Shown here: in pieces, positions 56,172 to 64,000 of the stretch
How positions within the stretch are numbered: the stretch's first letter is position 1
Layout of the letters: each line of letters begins with the position of its first letter
Assembly: GCA_964016885.1 (NCBI GenBank)
Contig: OZ024741.1
Span: 14,136,001-14,200,000, forward strand
Source: Eledone cirrhosa
Lineage: Eukaryota
Direction: 5' to 3'
DNA: 64,000 bases
The notes under the pieces: model-generated
Database searches by the model: none
Seen by the model: only the letters and a program-made list of their open reading frames with translations
Told to the model about the DNA's origin: nothing
Made by a program: the position numbers and the translations under genes

Positions 56172-57035
56172 TAGCAGTAAAGCCCGGCGTTGCTCGGGGT
56201 CGCTCAGTAGCTGTGTTAAGGTTACAATGTTAAGTTTCTTTTTTGGCTTAAAGTCTGTCTGCACGCCTAACGAAATTTACAGATACATATATTTTAAATA
56301 AACTTATGTAATTTTTGCTTTTTTTTTCGAAATATTTGCTTGTTTTACGTAGTCTTTAAATAGACTTGTTTTCAAGTAAAAATATTGTTTCAAAAGGCTT
56401 TTAAATGGAAATGAAGCAAAACGGAAGCTTAGTGTTCGAACTGATGAATTTTGCAGGTCAAAATTTTGCTGGCTCGACAACTGTTCGTGTATTGTGTTAA
56501 TGTCATTTTAAACGCTGAGAAAGCCAGCGTAATTTTTTTAATTTTTGCACGCAGAAAATGTAAACAGAACTTTAGACGCTCAATGTAAACAGAACAAAGG
56601 GAAATAACTCGTCACTTACGCTCAAAAATCGATACATTAGATTCGATTTCGTCACATAGGGTGGGTCAATTTGAAAAAATTTTTTTCCGATGTCTTCGCT
56701 AGGGTTCAATGTACAAGTATAGCAATTTCGGTGCAATTCCGTGAGAGATTCTAAGAGGAGATGTGTGCCAAAAATCGATAGACAGACAGACAACCACAGC
56801 TTTATATATATAGAACAAAGGGAAATAACTCGTCACTTACGCTCAAAAATCGATACATTAGATTCGATTTCGTCACATAGGGTGGGTCAATTTGAAATAT
56901 TTTTTTTCCGATGTCTTTGCTAGGGCTCAATGTACAAGTATAGCAATTTCGGTGCAATTCCGTCAGAGATTCTAAGAGGAGATGTGTGCCAAAAATCGAT
57001 AGACAGACAGACAACCACAGCTTTATATATATAGA
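56171..57035 (-). mobile_element. Non-autonomous Helitron with tandemly duplicated 5' end (about 221 bp)
   Basis: Minus strand starts TCTATATATATAAAG..(TGTC)n and ends with hairpin CCCGAGCAACGCCGGG and CTAG|T; 56591-56812 repeats at 56812-57033. Confidence 0.8.
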
Positions 57036-57036
57036 T

Positions 57037-57240
57037 AATATAAAACGAAAAATCAGTGATGCATCTGAACTCAATTTATTGCGTGTTACAATTGTTTCCC
57101 GGGAAAACAATTGTAACACACAATAAATTGAGTTCAGATGCATCACTGATTTTTCGTTTTATATTATATCATACTCTGCTCTGTAAAAGCATAGAGTGCT
57201 CAACTGGCATACCGCCTATGGAAGCATCTTAGCTACCATC
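57037..57240 (+). mobile_element. Fold-back centred on an HHR 3' half
   Basis: Palindrome centred on CCCGGG (about 57100), then GAAAA-CAATTG-TA; the tail ends in (AC)n. Confidence 0.65.
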
Positions 57241-57262
57241 ACACACACATACACACACATAC

Positions 57263-57400
<138 letters not shown>

Positions 57401-57411
57401 TAAAATATATA

Positions 57412-57550
57412 CAGTATTTCCTCTCCCAATTAGTATAAATCAACCACATCGCGGAAAATAATCTGTATCAAAGTACATTTTAAACTTATAGCCTCGTTTA
57501 AATGATTTTTTTATGTGGTTGATTTATACTGATTGGGAGAAGAAATACTG
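57412..57550. mobile_element. MITE related to the 51678-52534 TIRs
   Basis: TA|CAGTATTTC..AATCAACCAC / GTGGTTGATT..GAAATACTG|TA. Confidence 0.65.
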
Positions 57551-57678
57551 TATATACTTTATCTGTTTCTTTGGACTTACATTTTTATATATAGCTGTGA
57601 TTAATAATTATTTAATTAATTCTTCATTGAGCCACACCGTGAATGGTTGCCAAAATCATATATGTATCTGTGACTGTG

Positions 57679-57732
<54 letters not shown>

Positions 57733-57740
<8 letters not shown>

Positions 57741-57938
57741 GTGAGGTTTTTTTTTACAAAATGAAAAATAACCGAGGTGTCCTACACGAGTGGAAGTATA
57801 AAGAAAAAGAGATGAAATCGAAAATGCAACTGAAGTCTTATTTCTTTTAAAAAATATATATTTATTTGGTTCCAAATAAATATATATATTTTAAAAAAAA
57901 ATAAGACTTCAGTTGCATTTTCGATTTCATCTCTTTTT

Positions 57939-57942
<4 letters not shown>
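57733..57942. mobile_element. Family H tail fold-back
   Basis: Inverse of 24300-24437, folding back at GGTTCC near 57870. Confidence 0.75.
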
Positions 57943-58719
<777 letters not shown>

Positions 58720-58850
58720 AAAAAATGAAACGAAATTTTATTTCTCACTCTTAGTACGGTTGTTACTTAAATATAAGTGTGTATACATACATACCTATAT
58801 GTATACAGACGTACAGTAGTATGTATATATATACATACATGCACACATAT

Positions 58851-59284
58851 ATATGTACGTATGGATTTACCAAACATTTATTAGAATGCACGGTTTGTTT
58901 GTAAACAAACAGCCCCAATTAAGCCGTACAGTGTTCGGCAACCATTGTTGCCCTTTTGTTCAACACTGACAAAGGAACGATGTACTAGTTTCAAGCTTAT
59001 TAGCTATCGTCAGCACCGTATACCTTCCTGTCAGTCGATTGAACGTTTGAAAGTATATACTTTCCTTATGCATATTAACGGCTGAGAGCCTAATTTGCAT
59101 ATCGAGTGCTGATGACAGTTAATAAGCTAGAAACTAGTTCATCGTTCCTTTGTCAGTGTTGAACAAAAGGGCAATGATGGTTGCCGAACACTGTACGGCT
59201 TAATTCGGGCTGTTTGTTTACCAACAAACCGAACATTATAATAAATGTTCGGTAAACCCATACGTACATATAGGTATGTACGTA
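58851..59284. mobile_element. Fold-back with mirrored hammerheads (59103-59144 on +, 58977-59016 on -)
   Basis: GTG-CTGATGA-cAGTTaataAGCTa-GAAA-CTAG-TT-CAT; about 165-bp diverged arms. Confidence 0.75.
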
Positions 59285-59290
59285 TACATA

Positions 59291-60179
<889 letters not shown>

Positions 60180-60218
60180 CATAATATAAGATCAAAAGAT
60201 GGTTAAAGGAGTTCCATA

Positions 60219-60289
60219 TATTTTATTATGCGCATTTCAAAAACAAACATCATCAAGCAATAATATTTGTGTTTTCATCAGATAAAACA
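60219..60289 (-). ncRNA. Type I hammerhead in the 3' pLTR
   Basis: TGTTTTAT-CTGATGA-aaacacaaat..gtttgttttt-GAAA-TGCGCA-TA-ATAAAATA; predicted cut between 60227 and 60226. Confidence 0.85.
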
Positions 60290-61264
60290 GGAGAACATGA
60301 TATGAAGGCTAAAAAAACACTTGTTGATAGTGCAGTTTTTAATCAACATATGAAAAGTGGTTTTAGATTGATCTGTGATATTGGGAAAAATATTTTATTT
60401 AGAGAGGGGGGGGGAAAGGATGAAAACGGAAGGAGATGAGAGGGAGAGATGGGTGATAGAGAGAAAGAGATAGTTTTTATAACAGAGAGGAGATATATTT
60501 TATATAGAGGGGTTGAAAACCGTTGGAAGATACTGTATAAATTAAACATTTTGAAAATTAACGAAGGGAGGATATGTGCGAGGAAAAATATTTTATTGAG
60601 GGAGGGGGGGGGGGAGGATGAAAAAAAAGGGGGGAGGAGATGAGAGTGAAGGTGGAGAGGGAGAGATGGGTGATAGAGAGAAAGAGATAGTTTTTATAAC
60701 TGAGAAAAAGATATATTGTTTTAATATAGAGAGGTTGGGAACCGTTGGAAGATAATGTATAAATTAAAGGAATTTGAAAATTAACGAAGGGAAATTATGT
60801 ATGAAGATAGAGAGAAAAAAATAATAATTGTGGGTGAATATTCTAACGTCAAAAGAAGAAATGTATGTATTGTGGCAATTTCAAAATTAGCGAAGAGAAA
60901 AAAAATTTAAGGTTTGTGTGTAGAAGGATTTGAGAAAAATAATGTGAAGTTAAAGTTTGTATATTGAATTGATATGTATTAATAATGAGTTCGTTGATGG
61001 GGAGAAAAAAATAATAAATTAAGGATGAAATTGAGATTAAAAAGATTTATGATAGAGAGAAAAAATAATAATGATTGCGGATGAATATTCAAAATGTCAA
61101 AAACAAATGTTATTATTTTACGAGAAGATAGAATGAGGGTAATGAGTAAACGAGTATTATAGAGTGTATAATGCCCTTTAAAGTAAGGTAGATGGGTATA
61201 TTTTAAAGAGGTGTATGTATATGTGCCTTTGGGAAAAGATTCTAAATTGATAAAGAATTGAATA

Positions 61265-63727
61265 TTAACTGTATACTTTGTGAAAAGTTCTATGGAATTT
61301 ATGCAGGCAGATAGAAAACAAATCTGAGCGTCTATTTATTATAGATTCTAGGTTAGAGATAATGGTAAATTTTTCATTTAGGCAAAGATTACAGATTTTA
61401 GATAGAGAGCTGTTCAAGTATGAGGATGCAGAAGAAATCTTTTTCCAAAAGATGTTATATTTAATGTTTTTGTCTTTTAAGGACCATATGAGTTCTGAGA
61501 GAGCAGTGTTAGTTCTTTTAAGTTTGTATTTGAAAGATGAATGATGATTATAGAGACGAGCTTTAAAAGAGGTGGAAGTGGAGCCAAAATAGGTGAAGGA
61601 ATTGGTGCTAGTTATAATTTTACATTCATAAATTAAGTTTTTATCGAGGCAATGGTTGTTGAGAGGACATTTATTTTTAATGCGGCAGTTGCAATTAGAG
61701 AGATTATTAATGAGTGATCTAGTGTTATCTATAGAAGGAATTGGATTGGAGAAGTTGTTTGCGATAGGAATAATAGGAATAATAGTTTCTTGATTTAGAG
61801 TTGGATTATGAACATTTAGCGAAGTTGTGTTTGACGTTGTATTTGGGTTTACAGAAGTTTGCCTAGGGTTTACAATGACGTCGGGAGTACTATTACTGTT
61901 ATTATGAAATTCAATATTGGAAGGAAGAGATTTAGTATTTAATATTTTGTTGTTGTGTTTAGAGATGATGTTGGAAATATTGGAGGATGTAGAATACGAA
62001 AATTTGATGGTGTGTTTGTTAAATATTTTACTATAGATATGTGAGGGAGGGAAGCATTTATTTAAGGCACTAAAAAATAATTTAGGAATATTGTTATTAA
62101 TAGAGATGGAGAAAGGAGCATTATACCAGATTATGTTTTTGTATCTAGGTCTTTTATTAAAATTATTGGAATGGTCATGATTAATTATTCTACTGTAAGT
62201 TTTCCTAGAATTTGTTTCTTTATTATATTTGATTTTATCTGGATAGCCGGCTTTAGAAAGTGCGTTATTATAGTAATTGGCGTTAGCATCAAAGATGTTT
62301 TTATTAGAAGATATGTTAGATATTCTATTTCCAATATTATTAACTATAGCATTCTTGATATTGGTAAGATGGTTAGATTTAAAGTTAACATAATTAAGAT
62401 TCTCATTGTTTTTATGGTAAGGGTAATATAGGCCAGTGTCAAGATTAAGAGATACATCCAAGAAATTAGCTAGTTTGATACTATTATCAAATTCAATTTT
62501 TAGGTTATGTTGGTTAAAGAGATTACGTATATTGTTCTTAATAATATTAAGTTTAACTATATTGCAATTTAGGATAGTAAAGAGTCCATCGTCACGATAA
62601 ATTCCACCGCGAAGTTGAGGAATTTTCCGACTCAAAGAGTTCAAAATGAAGATACCAATTAAATCAGTCAATTGGGATGAATCGGATGCTCCCATTGTGA
62701 TGTCGAAGTTGTTAGAGGTATCGGCTCTGGTCCAATATTCGTTGTTGAACTCTAGGATGGTTTTACGTGCGGTGAGGATAATGTGAAGTTCATCTGTGGT
62801 GATGTCAGAATATTTAAGTGCGAAAGATAGAGCATTATTGAGAAGTGAAGGCGAAATGGAGGAATAGTAGCTGGCAATATCGAATTGAATAAATTTTAGT
62901 TTGTTTTTATTATCCAATTTGTTGAACCAGCCAATCACTTCAGAAGTACCAAACCATAAATTTAGGTTTAAAGAAGAGCAATTAGAACTAACCTGTGGGA
63001 TAATCCTATCCAAGATGGCTTTACTAACAACCCCCAGATCAGATTTAGAGGGGGCGATTAATCTAACAGGTAGTTCAGTGCGAAAATTGTTTTTGTGATC
63101 CTTGAGATTTATCCTCGGAGTTCTTGGGAGGAATGGTTCGGTCTTTTTTTCAATGCCAAGTTTTGACATAATCTCATAGGCTTCAAGGTTTATGCATTCT
63201 AAATTTTCATGGTTGGTTTTACGATACTTTTTCCTAAGTTCCTTTAGGATAAGGTTGTTATAATTATCCTTGGAAATACCATATAGGTTATTGGTTTTGT
63301 CAGAGTGGACTAAAACATTTTTTGAGGAATTTAGGTTAGAGATTGTGTTCTTGAGATTTACAAGGTGCTCTTGTCCTTTGTAAGGGTATCTCTTGAATTT
63401 AAGATTTTTTATTATTTTAGTTAATTCTTCCTCGAATTGTGCTAGATTTTTGTTGGAAGGAGGATTTCGTCTAGAATTAAAAAGATGATCGAGGAAGTTG
63501 TGTTCTTTGGTATGAAAGTTCCCTTTTAGGCGCAGGTCATAGAAATAGGCTGTCCATCTAAGTCTTCTTACGAAGGAGTCAGTTTTTTCAATAAGAAGTT
63601 TGGTGAATTCGGATTTACTAGGTATAGGAATGTCTTTAGTTGAATTGGTTATGTTGTAATAATCCATGTTGTAGAAGAAGAGGTGAAGGACCATCAAAAG
63701 GTATCCAATATGAGAGTAAGCGCTCAA
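61265..63727 (-). CDS. PLE reverse transcriptase / GIY-YIG endonuclease (likely ATG at 63667, 800 aa)
   Basis: RT motifs SDKTNN, PVRLI, FDIASYYSSI, ITMGASDS, YRDD and NFLDV; CNC..CPL...C linker; LIY..YFGST..FKAR..NH and CNLCLNEK endonuclease motifs. Confidence 0.95.
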   Translation of the reverse strand: MSAYSHIGYLLMVLHLFFYNMDYYNITNSTKDIPIPSKSEFTKLLIEKTDSFVRRLRWTAYFYDLRLKGNFHTKEHNFLDHLFNSRRNPPSNKNLAQFEEELTKIIKNLKFKRYPYKGQEHLVNLKNTISNLNSSKNVLVHSDKTNNLYGISKDNYNNLILKELRKKYRKTNHENLECINLEAYEIMSKLGIEKKTEPFLPRTPRINLKDHKNNFRTELPVRLIAPSKSDLGVVSKAILDRIIPQVSSNCSSLNLNLWFGTSEVIGWFNKLDNKNKLKFIQFDIASYYSSISPSLLNNALSFALKYSDITTDELHIILTARKTILEFNNEYWTRADTSNNFDITMGASDSSQLTDLIGIFILNSLSRKIPQLRGGIYRDDGLFTILNCNIVKLNIIKNNIRNLFNQHNLKIEFDNSIKLANFLDVSLNLDTGLYYPYHKNNENLNYVNFKSNHLTNIKNAIVNNIGNRISNISSNKNIFDANANYYNNALSKAGYPDKIKYNKETNSRKTYSRIINHDHSNNFNKRPRYKNIIWYNAPFSISINNNIPKLFFSALNKCFPPSHIYSKIFNKHTIKFSYSTSSNISNIISKHNNKILNTKSLPSNIEFHNNSNSTPDVIVNPRQTSVNPNTTSNTTSLNVHNPTLNQETIIPIIPIANNFSNPIPSIDNTRSLINNLSNCNCRIKNKCPLNNHCLDKNLIYECKIITSTNSFTYFGSTSTSFKARLYNHHSSFKYKLKRTNTALSELIWSLKDKNIKYNIFWKKISSASSYLNSSLSKICNLCLNEKFTIISNLESIINRRSDLFSICLHKFHRTFHKVYS

Positions 63728-64000
63728 CCGTTAAGGAGCAAGTTAAGGTAGGAGGTGAGTTTTATTGTAGTACAATAAAGCAATGCAGATATCGGATAAG
63801 AAGCACTCTACAGTTTGTGGGACTGGAGTATGCATAATATAATATCAAAAGATGGTTAAAGGAGTTCCATATATTTTATTATGCGCATTTCAAAAACAAA
63901 CATCATCAAGCACATATCCTCCCTTCGTTAATTTTCAAAATTTTTAATTTATACAGTATCTTCCAACGGTTTTCAACCCCTCTATGTAAAACAATATATC

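Larger units (their letters stand above)
60180..64000 (-). mobile_element. Full-ORF Penelope-like element with pLTRs (runs off the window end)
   Basis: Direct repeat 60180-60259 matches 63834-63912; inverted segment 63910-64000 is the reverse complement of about 60490-60578; intact ORF; 3' end in (TA)n. Confidence 0.92.

Noticed and set aside
63668-63727. N-terminal 20 aa of the PLE ORF as listed
   Set aside because: The listed start is a TTG; the ATG at 63667 (MDYYN..STKDIPIPS) is the more plausible start.

Overview
AT-rich, repeat-dominated eukaryotic DNA. The SINEs and the (TA)n/(CA)n density suggest an octopus-type cephalopod genome (inference). No host gene is confidently identifiable. 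The one intact long ORF (61265-63727, -) is a Penelope-like retroelement (PLE) encoding an RT plus a C-terminal GIY-YIG endonuclease. It has a hammerhead-ribozyme (HHR)-bearing pseudo-LTR, an inverted 5' segment, and a 3' end in a (TA)n tract. The non-satellite part of the window holds a dense set of short, microsatellite-embedded fold-back elements from at least a dozen unrelated families. Most carry a type I hammerhead (whole or 3' half) at or near the fold-back point, including U3-A8 core variants and back-to-back ribozymes on both strands. A near-perfect tandem array of 616-bp units (about 4.7 copies), each with a hammerhead-like motif, looks like an unusually large retrozyme. Also present: a 16.6-kb 63-bp satellite with higher-order structure, a decayed RTE LINE, a decayed second PLE, a mariner fragment, non-autonomous Helitrons, MITEs, tRNA-SINEs and mini/microsatellites. 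All structures were read by eye, without folding software or database searches.
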